DNA from: an uncultured Desulfocurvus sp.
GTDB lineage: Bacteria; Desulfobacterota; Desulfovibrionia; Desulfovibrionales; Desulfovibrionaceae
Direction: 5' to 3'
DNA length: 64,000 bases
Assembly (NCBI GenBank): GCA_964502805.1
Contig: CAZCYB010000006.1
Coordinates: forward strand, 19,734-83,733
Positions 39,189-48,777 of the stretch are shown piece after piece. Both the position numbers and the translations under genes were made by a program. Every line of letters begins with the position of its first letter. Within the stretch, counting starts at the first letter, position 1. A model generated the notes under the pieces. That model searched no databases. It was not told the DNA's origin and worked only from the letters and a program-made list of their open reading frames with translations.

Positions 39189-39944
39189 ATGGGCCGATAC
39201 CTCAAGGACGCCCAAGCCATGCCCCATCCCCCGCGCGACTCCCTGGCCGCCCACCTGGACCCCCTGCCCGCCCAGGCCCTGCTGTTCGACTTCGACGGCA
39301 CCCTGGCCCACCTGACCATCGACTTCGCGCTCCTGCGCCGGAAGATCGCCGCCCTGGCCGAGAGCTTCCTGGGCGAGCAGCCCGAGGTGGAGGAGGGCCG
39401 CTCCGTGCCCGTGCTGGAGTGGCTGGACGAGCTGGCCGACGAGGTGCGCGAGTTCGACCACGCCCTGGGCCAGGAGTTCCACTGCCGGGGCAGGCTGGTG
39501 ATCCAGGCCACGGAGCTGGACGCCGCGCGCCAGGCCGAGCTGTTCCCCTTCACCCGGCCCCTGCTCTCCGCGCTGCGCGCCGGGGGCGTGCGCACGGGCA
39601 TCCTGACGCGCAACTCCACGGCGGCGGTGAAAGTGGTGTTCCCGGACGTGGAGGCGGCCTGCGACGCCTTCGTGGCCAGGGAGGACGCCCCCCGGGTCAA
39701 GCCGCACCCGGACCACGCCCTGGAGGTGCTGCGGCGGCTGGGCGTGGCCCCGCACCGGGCCATCCTGGTGGGCGATCATCCCCTGGACGTGGAGACCGCG
39801 CGCCGGGCCGGGCTGTTCAGCGCGGCGGTGGCCAGCGGGGCCGTGCCCCGCGAGGTGCTGGCCGAGGCCGGGCCGGACTGGCTGGCGGCGGACTGCGAGG
39901 AACTGACGGACCAGCTGCGGCGCGAGGGCGTCTTGTCTTTTTAG
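39189..39944 (+). CDS. HAD-superfamily hydrolase (phosphoglycolate phosphatase-like)
   Basis: Motif I is LLFDFDGTLA and motif IV-like is LVGDHPLDVE. The alternative start at 39219 cannot be excluded. Confidence 0.8.
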   Translation: MGRYLKDAQAMPHPPRDSLAAHLDPLPAQALLFDFDGTLAHLTIDFALLRRKIAALAESFLGEQPEVEEGRSVPVLEWLDELADEVREFDHALGQEFHCRGRLVIQATELDAARQAELFPFTRPLLSALRAGGVRTGILTRNSTAAVKVVFPDVEAACDAFVAREDAPRVKPHPDHALEVLRRLGVAPHRAILVGDHPLDVETARRAGLFSAAVASGAVPREVLAEAGPDWLAADCEELTDQLRREGVLSF

Positions 39945-40000
39945 CCTGCGCAGCTTAGAGGAGTTGCCACTCTCGGCTCCGGGGCAGGCACGGCACAGGC

Positions 40001-41164
40001 ATGGAACAGCGCATCAAACGCAGCGAACTCAAGCTGGGCATGTACGTGCTCTCGTACGGCCTGGGCACCTTCGAAAGCCCCCTGGTGCGCGTGGACAAGC
40101 CCCTGCTCACGCCCGCCGACCTGGCCGCGCTGGTGCCGCAGGACGCGGGCAGCGTGCTCATAGAGTCCTCCATCAACATAGGGCTTTTGGGCCAGGAGCG
40201 GCCCGTGGGCGTGCCCGTCACCACCAGCCTGGGCGACGAGCTGCCCATCGCCAAGCGCCTGTACACCGAGGCCCTGGCCCACGTGCGCGGCTTTGTGGAC
40301 GACGTGCGCCGGGGCAAGGACATCGACTACCGCGAGGCCACGCCCCTGGTGGACAACCTCATCGACAGCGTGTTCCGCAACGAGACCGCCTGCGCCACCC
40401 TGTTCAAGCTGCGCTGGTTCGACGAGTACACGTACACCCACTCCATCAACGTGAGCATCCTGGCCATCATCCTGGGCCGCCACATGGACATGGACAGGCC
40501 CACCCTGCAGAAGCTGGGCATAGCGGGGCTGTACCACGACGTGGGCAAGGCCCGCGTGCCCGAGGCCATCCTGAACAAGCCGGGCAAGCTCACGGAGCAG
40601 GAGTTCCAGGTCATGAAGGGCCACCCGCTGGAGGGCTACAGGATCATGGAAGGCCAGCCCGGCCTGGATCCGGAGGTGTCGCGCGCGGTGCTGGAGCACC
40701 ACGAGCGCATCGACGGCACGGGCTACCCGCGCGGCCTGGCCAAGGGCAAGATCGGGCGGTTCTCGCGCATCATCAGCGTGGTGGACGTGTACGACGCGCT
40801 CACCAGCCGCCGCGTGTACAAGGACCCCATCCCCCCGGCCAAGGCCCTGGGCATGATGTACCAGTGGCGCGACCGCGACTTCACCCCCCAGGCCATAGAG
40901 AACTTCATCCGCTGCATGGGCGTGTTCCCGGTGGGCAGCCTGGTGCGCCTGTCCAACGGCGAGTACGGCATCGTGGCCACGGCCAACGCCGTGCGGCCCA
41001 CCAAGCCGGAGGTGAAGGTGGTGCTCGACGCCAAGAAGCGCCCGCAGATCCCCAGGGTGCTGGACCTGCACGCCCTGGAGGACACCCCCGGGGCCGTGGA
41101 CATCGTGGAGGTGCTGAACCCCGCTGCGCTCAAGATCGACCTGGAGCGCTTCTTCTTCGCCTAG
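40001..41164 (+). CDS. HD-GYP domain c-di-GMP phosphodiesterase
   Basis: Contains HSINVSILA...LYHDVGKARVP...KGHP...HHERIDGTGYPRGL. Confidence 0.9.
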   Translation: MEQRIKRSELKLGMYVLSYGLGTFESPLVRVDKPLLTPADLAALVPQDAGSVLIESSINIGLLGQERPVGVPVTTSLGDELPIAKRLYTEALAHVRGFVDDVRRGKDIDYREATPLVDNLIDSVFRNETACATLFKLRWFDEYTYTHSINVSILAIILGRHMDMDRPTLQKLGIAGLYHDVGKARVPEAILNKPGKLTEQEFQVMKGHPLEGYRIMEGQPGLDPEVSRAVLEHHERIDGTGYPRGLAKGKIGRFSRIISVVDVYDALTSRRVYKDPIPPAKALGMMYQWRDRDFTPQAIENFIRCMGVFPVGSLVRLSNGEYGIVATANAVRPTKPEVKVVLDAKKRPQIPRVLDLHALEDTPGAVDIVEVLNPAALKIDLERFFFA

Positions 41165-41364
41165 AGGGGCTGCCTCAAAAAGCGCCTTTTGCCCCGGACG
41201 GTTCCTCCCCCGCCAGGGAACACTCTCCATCTTCTTGTCGACAGCCCCACCCCCTGTTCTGGTTTGCCCCGGGGAGGGGCAAGAACGTCCCTCCCGGCAG
41301 CTTTTTCCGCCCCGTCGCGGGCGGCGGGCACACTCAACACGCTGAAATTACTGCGCGCCGCCTT

Positions 41365-41380
41365 TGGCACGGTCCTTGAT
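41365..41380 (+). promoter_or_regulatory. Sigma54-type (-24/-12) promoter candidate for fliK-flgD-flgE
   Basis: TGGCACGGTCCTTGAT. The -24 TGGCACG is perfect and the spacing is correct. The -12 is TTGA instead of TTGC. It lies 26 nt before the fliK ATG, which has an AAGGAG SD. Confidence 0.4.
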
Positions 41381-41405
41381 TGATGGCCGGGCAAAGGAGC
41401 CGAAC

Positions 41406-43196
41406 ATGCAGGAAGTTCCCGCCATCAAGACCGTGTCCAGCGATCCCTTCGAGCAGCTGCGCTCCGCAGCCCTGGTGGACACCTCCTCCCAGGCCAAGGC
41501 CTTCTCCGACTTCATGGGCCTGCTCGCCCGCTCCGGCCAGGACAAGCCCGCCACCGCGCCCCAGCCCGCCCGGGCCGAGGCCTCCCTGTTCGCCGACGGC
41601 GCCCAGGCCCAGGCTCCGGCGCAGGCCGTACCCGCGGCTCCGCGCGTTGAGACGGTCTCCAGCGAGCCCGTGCGCGTGGCCGTGGACTCCAGCGGCGCCA
41701 GCGCCCCCAGCCCCCTGGTGCAGAGCACCACGGCGGCGGCGGTGAACACCCAGGCCCGCCAGGCGGGCTCGTCTACTTCCTCCGGCTCCTCCGGCTCCGC
41801 CAGCTCCGCGGGGTCCGAGTCCAGGCTTTCCTCCGCCAAGAACGCCCCGGTCTCCCGCGAGGCCTTTGAGGAGATGCGCCCGGTGCTGGCCAAGGCCGGG
41901 CTCTCCGAGCGCGAGATCGAGGACCTGGCCTCCCGCGTGCAGGCCGGAACCCTGACCTGGGGCAAGCTGGTGCACACCCTGGCCGGCACCATGGCCGGGG
42001 CCAAGAAGCCCGTTGAACTTTCCGCCAGCCAGGCCCAGGGCATGGCCTCCCTGTTCCAGAAGCTGGGCTTCTCCTCGGAGCAGGCCCAGGGCATGGTCCT
42101 GGACGTGGCCAAGGGCGAGGGCCTGAAGGTGCTCTCGAACATCCAGCAGAAGCTGGCCACCCTGCCCGAGGGCATGACCCTCTCCCTGGACAAGCAGGAG
42201 CTGCAGGGGCTGTTCAAGGCCCTGCGCCTGCCCCAGGACTCCGCCGCCAAGCTCGCCCAGTTCATGGAAGGCGAGCGCACCGTGGCGGACATGAAGAGCG
42301 CCCTGAACCAACTGGGCCAGGCCCTGCAGGAGCAGCGCGCCAAGGGCAACGCCGCCGACACGGACATCGCCAAGGCCATAGGCCGCATCATGGACAAGGA
42401 CGTGGCCAAGGCCGGGCGCGACGCCAGCCAGACCACGGGCCAGGCCCAGGCCGACTCCTCCACCCCGCACCTGACCTACGAGATGAAGGCCAAGGACCGC
42501 AACGACACCTCCTGGTTCGACCAGCGGGAGAAGAAGCAGGGCAAGGCCGAGGACGGCTCCTGGCGCGACTTTTTGAACAAGGTGCGGCCCGAGGCCGAGG
42601 CCCAGGCCCAGGCCCGGACCACCCAGGCCGGGGCCAGGGAGTCCCTGGACGCCTTGGGCTCCCGCAACGCCTCTCTCCAGGCCGCCCAGCAGGGCAGGGC
42701 CGAGGCCGCGCAGCAGGCCAAGCCCTTCGACAAGGTGGCCGCCCCCAGAATGCTCGATCAGGTCCAGGAGGCCATGCTGAAGGACCTGGGTCAGGGCCGC
42801 AAGCAGCTGACCCTGAACCTGGACCCGGAAAGCCTGGGCAAGCTCCAGATCATGCTCCAGGTGCGCGACAAGGACGTGAACGCCGTGCTGCGCGCCGAGG
42901 ACGCGGACACCGCCCGCATGCTCACCGCCCAGCTCGACACCATCAAGAAGACCCTGGAGGACCAGGGACTCAAGGTGCAGAGCCTGGAGGTGCAGACCGG
43001 ACTCTCCGGCGGGGCCGGGCAGCAGGCCCAGTTCAGCGCCGACCAGCACAACCAGGCCCAGGAGCGGCAGGAGCTTTCGCGGATTTTCTCGCAGCTCAGA
43101 ATGCTGCGCGCGGACGGCTCGGACGTGGCCCGCGATATGCACAATGAGGGCGTGCAGGCAATAATTGCCGAGCGCGGCCTGCACATCGTCGCCTAA
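41406..43196 (+). CDS. fliK: Flagellar hook-length control protein FliK
   Basis: Low-complexity Ala/Ser/Gln-rich body and C-terminal Flg_hook-type domain LTLNLDPESLGKLQIMLQVRDKDVNAVLRAEDADTARML. It sits directly upstream of flgD. Confidence 0.85.
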   Translation: MQEVPAIKTVSSDPFEQLRSAALVDTSSQAKAFSDFMGLLARSGQDKPATAPQPARAEASLFADGAQAQAPAQAVPAAPRVETVSSEPVRVAVDSSGASAPSPLVQSTTAAAVNTQARQAGSSTSSGSSGSASSAGSESRLSSAKNAPVSREAFEEMRPVLAKAGLSEREIEDLASRVQAGTLTWGKLVHTLAGTMAGAKKPVELSASQAQGMASLFQKLGFSSEQAQGMVLDVAKGEGLKVLSNIQQKLATLPEGMTLSLDKQELQGLFKALRLPQDSAAKLAQFMEGERTVADMKSALNQLGQALQEQRAKGNAADTDIAKAIGRIMDKDVAKAGRDASQTTGQAQADSSTPHLTYEMKAKDRNDTSWFDQREKKQGKAEDGSWRDFLNKVRPEAEAQAQARTTQAGARESLDALGSRNASLQAAQQGRAEAAQQAKPFDKVAAPRMLDQVQEAMLKDLGQGRKQLTLNLDPESLGKLQIMLQVRDKDVNAVLRAEDADTARMLTAQLDTIKKTLEDQGLKVQSLEVQTGLSGGAGQQAQFSADQHNQAQERQELSRIFSQLRMLRADGSDVARDMHNEGVQAIIAERGLHIVA

Positions 43197-43219
43197 CCCG
43201 CGCCACAGGAGGAACGACC

Positions 43220-43927
43220 ATGGCCTCAGCTGAAACCGTCAACCTGCTCAACTCCACAAGCACCGCGGGCACCTCCAGCGCCGCCAAGGAGCACAAGACC
43301 AGCCTGGACCAGGATGCGTTCCTGAAAATCATGATCGCCCAGCTGAACCACCAGGACCCGAACAATCCCATGGACGACAAGGAGATGACCGCGCAGCTCG
43401 CGCAGTTCTCCAGCCTGGAGCAGCTCACCAACATCAACAACAACATCAAGACGCTGGTGGCGGCCCAGAGCCAGGGCACCATGCTCTCGGGCGTGGGCTA
43501 CATCGGCAAGAGCATCAAGGCCTCGGGCTACAACCTCTCCAAGAGCGGGGACACGGTGAGCACCGTGTACTACAGCCTGGGCGAGAGCGTCTCCAACCTG
43601 CAGGTCAACGTCTACAACAGCGACGGCAGCCTCGTGCGCTCCGACTCCCTCGGCTCCAAGGGCACGGGCGACTTCACCTACGTCTGGGACGGCAAGGACA
43701 CCAACGGTAACAAGATGGCCGACGGCACCTACGGCATCGCCATCGTGGCCGAGGACACCAGCGGGGCTCCGGTGGTGGTGCAGTCCAAGATCAGCGGCGT
43801 GGTCACCGGGGTCAAGAGCGTCAACGGCACCACCATGCTCACCCTGCAGGACGGGCGGCTGGTGCAGCTCTCTCTCGTTACCGAGGTGGTCAACACCGCC
43901 ACCACAAAAGACGCGACGGCCTCGTAA
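43220..43927 (+). CDS. flgD: Flagellar hook assembly (capping) protein FlgD
   Basis: Contains DQDAFLKIMIAQLNHQDPNNPMDDKEMTAQLAQFSSLEQL. Confidence 0.92.
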   Translation: MASAETVNLLNSTSTAGTSSAAKEHKTSLDQDAFLKIMIAQLNHQDPNNPMDDKEMTAQLAQFSSLEQLTNINNNIKTLVAAQSQGTMLSGVGYIGKSIKASGYNLSKSGDTVSTVYYSLGESVSNLQVNVYNSDGSLVRSDSLGSKGTGDFTYVWDGKDTNGNKMADGTYGIAIVAEDTSGAPVVVQSKISGVVTGVKSVNGTTMLTLQDGRLVQLSLVTEVVNTATTKDATAS

Positions 43928-44008
43928 TCGGTCAGGGCCGCGCGCCAGGCATACAGGCAGACAATTCGGTCGAACTTTCGCAAAGCAACGGGGTCAAGGA
44001 GGTCAAGA

Positions 44009-45679
44009 ATGTCTCTCACATCATCGCTGTACCAGGGCATCTCGGGCTTGACCGCCCACTCGGAAAAGATTTCCGTCATCGGCAACAATCTGGCCAACGT
44101 CAGCACCGTGGGCTTCAAGGGCGCGAACATCTACTTCGAAGACCTGATGAGCCAGGACGTGAACACCTCCGCAGGCGTGGCCCAGATGGGCCGCGGCGTG
44201 CGCGTGGCCGCCATCTACACCGACTTCGCCCAGGGCAGCTTCGAGACCACCACGGAGTCCACGGACCTGGCCATCGGCGGCAGCGGGTTCTTCACCGTCA
44301 AGGTGCCGGGCACCGAGCAGAACTACTACACCCGGGCGGGCAACTTCCGCTTTGACAACGACGGCTACCTGGTGGATCCGCACGGCTACATCCTGCAGGG
44401 CTGGGCCATGCAGCGCGCCACCACCTCCTCGGTGGCCTCCGGCGCCACGGCCACCGACACCCCGGAATACTCCATCGTCGGCTCGCCCACGGACATCCGC
44501 ATCAACAACTTCCAGAGCCCGCCGGAAGCCACCACCAAGGTGAACATCATCACCAACCTGGACCCCAACCAGACCAGCAAGTCCAACAACTCCACCGACC
44601 CCTACTTCGCCCTGTTCAACAACTGGGACGGCACGGCCACCACCCCGCTGGACAGCACGTCCTACGGCTACAGTTCCACGCTCAAGATCTACGACGACGT
44701 GGGCGCCTCGCACAACCTCACCGTGTATTTCGACAAGGTCACCATGTCCAACGCGGGCAGCGACACCGTGTGGGAGTACGTGGTCACCTGTCCGCCCAGC
44801 GAGGACGGCCGCATCCTCTCCGGCGCAGACGGCAACATGCTGCGCATGAGCGAGACCTCTGGCGCGGGCATCCTGATGATCGGCACCATGACCTTCCGCG
44901 CCGGGCAGTTGGTGGGGCAGAGCGCCTTCACCCTGCAGAGCAACGGCGGCGCCCTGGGCGTGAAGAACCTGCAGAGCTGGAAGCTGGCCGACTTCTCCAC
45001 CGCGGGCTACCCGCTCATCACCCCCAACTTCATCCAGGCCTCCAACGCCAGCACCGCCGTGGCCACCAGCGCCAACCCCATCGCCATCAACTTCGGCATC
45101 CGCGCCACGGACCTGACCAGCAACACCGGCGGCTCGTGGTCCGTGGGCTGGGCGCAGAACCGCGGCACCCTGGCCAGCAACGCCTCGGCCATCGGCGCGG
45201 CCATCAGCAACTCCGGCTGGCTGCCCAACTTCAAGACCCCCAGCGTGGACGCCCTGTCCACCCAATCGTACGACACCGGCGGCTCGAGCACCCTGTTCCA
45301 GAGCCAGAACGGCTACACCGCGGGCTACCTGCAGAACGTGTCCGTGTCCCGTGACGGCATCCTCACCGGCACCTACTCCAACGGCCAGGTGCTGGACCTC
45401 TACTCGCTCACGCTGACCAGCTTCACCAACCAGTGGGGCTTAAGGCGCGAGGGCGGCAACCTGTTCAGCGAAACGCGCGAGTCCGGCCCGGCGCTCACCG
45501 GCCAGGCCAACAGCGCGGGCAAGGGCTCCATAGCCTCCAACAGCCTGGAATCGTCCAACGTGGACATGGGCGCGCAGTTCGTGCAGATGATCACGGCCCA
45601 GCGCGGCTTCCAGGCCAACACCAAGGTCATCACCACGGCGGACAGCCTGCTCGGCGAAATCATCGCCATGAAGCGCTAG
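44009..45679 (+). CDS. flgE: Flagellar hook protein FlgE
   Basis: N-terminus LYQGISGLTAHSEKISVIGNNLANVSTVGFK and C-terminus QRGFQANTKVITTADSLLGEIIAMKR. Confidence 0.95.
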   Translation: MSLTSSLYQGISGLTAHSEKISVIGNNLANVSTVGFKGANIYFEDLMSQDVNTSAGVAQMGRGVRVAAIYTDFAQGSFETTTESTDLAIGGSGFFTVKVPGTEQNYYTRAGNFRFDNDGYLVDPHGYILQGWAMQRATTSSVASGATATDTPEYSIVGSPTDIRINNFQSPPEATTKVNIITNLDPNQTSKSNNSTDPYFALFNNWDGTATTPLDSTSYGYSSTLKIYDDVGASHNLTVYFDKVTMSNAGSDTVWEYVVTCPPSEDGRILSGADGNMLRMSETSGAGILMIGTMTFRAGQLVGQSAFTLQSNGGALGVKNLQSWKLADFSTAGYPLITPNFIQASNASTAVATSANPIAINFGIRATDLTSNTGGSWSVGWAQNRGTLASNASAIGAAISNSGWLPNFKTPSVDALSTQSYDTGGSSTLFQSQNGYTAGYLQNVSVSRDGILTGTYSNGQVLDLYSLTLTSFTNQWGLRREGGNLFSETRESGPALTGQANSAGKGSIASNSLESSNVDMGAQFVQMITAQRGFQANTKVITTADSLLGEIIAMKR

Positions 45680-45721
45680 CCGGCGTAGGACAAGACAGCT
45701 CAGGTCTCCACCCCGCATGAA

Positions 45722-45766
45722 GGCCCCGTCCGGATGACCGACCGGACGGGGCCTTTCCCTTTTGTT
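45722..45766 (+). terminator. Rho-independent terminator after flgE
   Basis: GGCCCCGTCCGG-ATGACCGA-CCGGACGGGGCC followed by TTTCCCTTTTGTT. Confidence 0.8.
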
Positions 45767-45927
45767 CCCGCCTTCTTTCAGGGGGGCGCGTCGAAACGGT
45801 GGCTGCTGTCCTGTGGCGAGGAAGGGGCCGCCGGAGGGGCGGGGAGAGTACCCTTGGCGGTACAGCCACGTCCCGGCCCGGCTCATGACGACGCCCAGGG
45901 GAGGAGAGGCGCGCTTCGGGGCCGCCC

Positions 45928-47355
45928 CTACCCGCAGACCTCGGCCAGGGCCTCCAGGTGCTCCAGGGCCTGGCGCAGGGCCCCGGGCGAGCCGTCGCCG
46001 TTTCGCACCAGCACGTCCAGGTAGCCCGCCAGGGGCCGCCAGAAGGGCGCCGCGCCCGCAAGCGAGGGCCCGGCCTGGCGCTTGAGGTCCCTGCTCACGG
46101 CGGACAGGCTCCTGCCCAGGCCTCGGGCCAGGGCCGGGTGCCGGTGGGAAAGCTCCGCCCAGGCCGCGCGGGCGGCGTTTCTTTGCCGCTCCCCGCCCCC
46201 GGGCAGTTCCGCGCCGGAGAGCCGCCAGAGGAAGAAGTCGCGCCAGAACTCCCCGGCCTGTTCGCCCGCCGTGGCGCCGGGCTCCGGGCCCAGGGGGCGC
46301 AGGGCGTACAGGCCCTCGGGCCCGCGCGCGCTTTCGTAGAGGCGCAGCCCGGGCATGGAGACGCGCGCCAGGCGGTCCTCCTGCCCGGCCAGGGCCAGGG
46401 CGGCCAGGGCGGCGATGCGCCGGGGGGTCAGGGCATCGCGGCAGAGGTGCCGGGCCCGACCGCAGGCCCAGCAGCCCCGCGCGCAGGAGGCCCGGGAGCG
46501 CACCACCAGGTGCCCGGGCTGGTAGGGCCCGGTCTCCCAGGGGCTCACGTTGCCCACGGAAAGGTTCAGGGTGCGCAGGCCGGTCCAGGCGGCCAGGTGC
46601 ATGGGCCCGGTGTCCGGGGTGATCATGAGCCCCAGGGTCTTGCCGATGGCCGCCAACTCGGCCACGGAGAGCCTGCCGGTCATGTCCAGGGGCTTGTGCG
46701 GGCACAGGGCCAGCACGGCCTCGGCCACGGGGCGGTCGTCCGGCCCGCCCAGGAGCACGGGCCTGAGGTCGCGGGCCAGGAGCTCGGCCACCAGCCCGGC
46801 GTAGAACTCCGGGGTGGGGCGCTTGCCCGGCTCGCTGGCGCCCACGAACACGCCCACGGCCTTGTCCAGGCCCGCAGGGTTCCCCTTGGCCGGGATGTTC
46901 GGCGGGGCGAAGCGCGTGCCGCCCAGCAGGTCCGGCGGGATGGCGTCCAGGGCGTTCAGGTCCGCCCAGTGGAAGCGGTTGTGGCGGTTGTTGTGCACCA
47001 GGCTGGCGCGATAGAGCTGCCAGGGCCCGTGGATGCGCAGGATCCCGTCCGCCCCCAGCACCGGGCCCAGGACGCGCTCGGCCCTGAGGCTGCCCGCCAG
47101 GCGCGCGGCCTCCTCGCGGATGCTCAGGTTGATGACCAGACTGTAGTCCGTGCCCGCCAGGGCCCCGGAAGCGGCCTCGGGCCAGGTGACGTACCCCGCC
47201 GGGGGGCTCACGGGCAGAAGCGGGGTGAAGAAGCGCTCCTCGGCCACCACGCGCAGGATGGGCCCGGGGTGCAGCCGCCGGAGCAGCAACAGCAGCGGAA
47301 AGGACAGCACCAGGTCGCCCATGCGCTGCATCTGGAGCACCAGGATGGGCTGCAT
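45928..47355 (-). CDS. Glycosyltransferase family 9 (heptosyltransferase-like) with about 170-aa C-terminal extension
   Basis: GT9 hallmarks: MQPILVLQMQRMGDLVLSFPLL..., ...PDTGPMHLAAW. The extra C-terminal region starts with CARGCWACGRARHLC. Confidence 0.75.
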   Translation of the reverse strand: MQPILVLQMQRMGDLVLSFPLLLLLRRLHPGPILRVVAEERFFTPLLPVSPPAGYVTWPEAASGALAGTDYSLVINLSIREEAARLAGSLRAERVLGPVLGADGILRIHGPWQLYRASLVHNNRHNRFHWADLNALDAIPPDLLGGTRFAPPNIPAKGNPAGLDKAVGVFVGASEPGKRPTPEFYAGLVAELLARDLRPVLLGGPDDRPVAEAVLALCPHKPLDMTGRLSVAELAAIGKTLGLMITPDTGPMHLAAWTGLRTLNLSVGNVSPWETGPYQPGHLVVRSRASCARGCWACGRARHLCRDALTPRRIAALAALALAGQEDRLARVSMPGLRLYESARGPEGLYALRPLGPEPGATAGEQAGEFWRDFFLWRLSGAELPGGGERQRNAARAAWAELSHRHPALARGLGRSLSAVSRDLKRQAGPSLAGAAPFWRPLAGYLDVLVRNGDGSPGALRQALEHLEALAEVCG

Positions 47356-47359
47356 GGCC

Positions 47360-48598
47360 CTACGCCCCCGCCCCGCCGACGCCGAAGATCGTCTGGTCCA
47401 TGGCCGCCAGCATGGCCGAGAGCCGGTGCTCGTAGGTGTGCTCGGCCAGCACGCGCCTGCGCCCGGCCTCGGCCATGCGCGCGCGCTCCCCGGGATCGGC
47501 CAGGTAGCGCTCCAGCAGGCCGGGGATCTCCTCCGGGCCGTGGAACAGGGCCACCTCGCGCCCCGGCTCGAAGAGCCGCTCCATCTGCCTGCGGTGGTCG
47601 GTGAGCAGGAACGAGCCCGAGGCGGGCACGTCGAACACGCGCTGGTTCACCGCGCCCTTCATCTGCTTGCTGGTGCAGTTGAAGTTCACCTCGCTCAGCG
47701 GGTAGAAGCCCGGCAGCTCCTCGTAGTAGTTGATCTCGCCCGTGAGGCGGTGGCCGTTTCTCCCGGCCAGCAGCTCTTGCCAGCCGGGGTCCCCGGCGAT
47801 GAGCGGTGCGTAGGGCAGGGTGCGCAGCACGCAGCCCAGACGGTAGACGAGGGTGGCCTGCCAGGCCACGGCGGTCTCGTAGGCCGTGCGCCTGAGCACG
47901 TCCAGTTCGGCCAGTTCGGCGGAGAGCTCGGGCCTCTCCGCGGCCAGGAAGGCCTTCACGCTGCCCTGGTCCGAGGCGGCGAAGTCCCGCGCCAGGGGGG
48001 CGAAGGCCTCCGCCAGCGCCGGGGTGGGCCGCGCGGCCTGGAGGCGCTGCAGGGTCTTCTTCAGCATGGAGTTGCCCACGAAGCTCACGCGGGCGGTCCA
48101 CTGGGCCCGGCGCTCCTGCGGGGCCTGGCGCCCGGGGTGGAAGCGCCGGGGATCCGCGCCCAGGGGCAGCCAGAACACGTTGGCGAACCCGTGGCCGCGC
48201 ACGGCCTCCACGCTGTCGGCGTCCCAGGTGAAGACCAGGGTGCGGGCCGGGTCCGGCGGGGGAAAGATGGGCAGGATGAACTCCGGGTTGTCCACGAACC
48301 AGGAGACGATGGGCAGGCGGTGGTCCCGGGCCAGGGCGTAGAGCACGCCCTCGCGGTCCACGCCCAGGTGGTTCACGGTGAGGATGGCGTCGGGCCTGAA
48401 GGAGCCGAAGGCCTCGCGCAGGGTGCGCACGAAGCTCTCCGCCGTGACTTCCCTGGCCGCCAGGTCCACCAGCAGGTGGGGCACGCCCATGCGCTCGCAG
48501 GCGGCCTTGACCTCGCCCAGCAGGAAGTAGGCGCTGGTGAGCAGCAACAGGCGCGGCAGGCGGCCGGAATGCCTCAGCGGCAAGGCGTCGTCCATCAT
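47360..48598 (-). CDS. CgeB-family glycosyltransferase (DUF3880 plus Glyco_trans_1_2-like)
   Basis: C-terminus reads NCTSKQMKGAVNQRVFDVPASGSFLLTDHRRQMERLFEPGREVALF...ARMAEAGRRRVLAEHTYEHR. The MMDD start at 48598 is preferred over the track start at 48754. There is a 4-nt gap to the GT9 gene. Confidence 0.65.
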   Translation of the reverse strand: MMDDALPLRHSGRLPRLLLLTSAYFLLGEVKAACERMGVPHLLVDLAAREVTAESFVRTLREAFGSFRPDAILTVNHLGVDREGVLYALARDHRLPIVSWFVDNPEFILPIFPPPDPARTLVFTWDADSVEAVRGHGFANVFWLPLGADPRRFHPGRQAPQERRAQWTARVSFVGNSMLKKTLQRLQAARPTPALAEAFAPLARDFAASDQGSVKAFLAAERPELSAELAELDVLRRTAYETAVAWQATLVYRLGCVLRTLPYAPLIAGDPGWQELLAGRNGHRLTGEINYYEELPGFYPLSEVNFNCTSKQMKGAVNQRVFDVPASGSFLLTDHRRQMERLFEPGREVALFHGPEEIPGLLERYLADPGERARMAEAGRRRVLAEHTYEHRLSAMLAAMDQTIFGVGGAGA

Positions 48599-48777
48599 GG
48601 GGGCAAACCCTAGCCCGGTCCGCGCCGGGTGTAAAGCGCGAGCGGCCCGGCAGCGTATCCTGAAATGGGTATACGTAATTTCCCGCTTCGGGTGTGCAAT
48701 CAAAGCAAAACTCGCATAGACAGTCCGTTCAGTTGCCGTCTTGATGTAAAGCAATACTCAATACTGACAGGAAGGCC

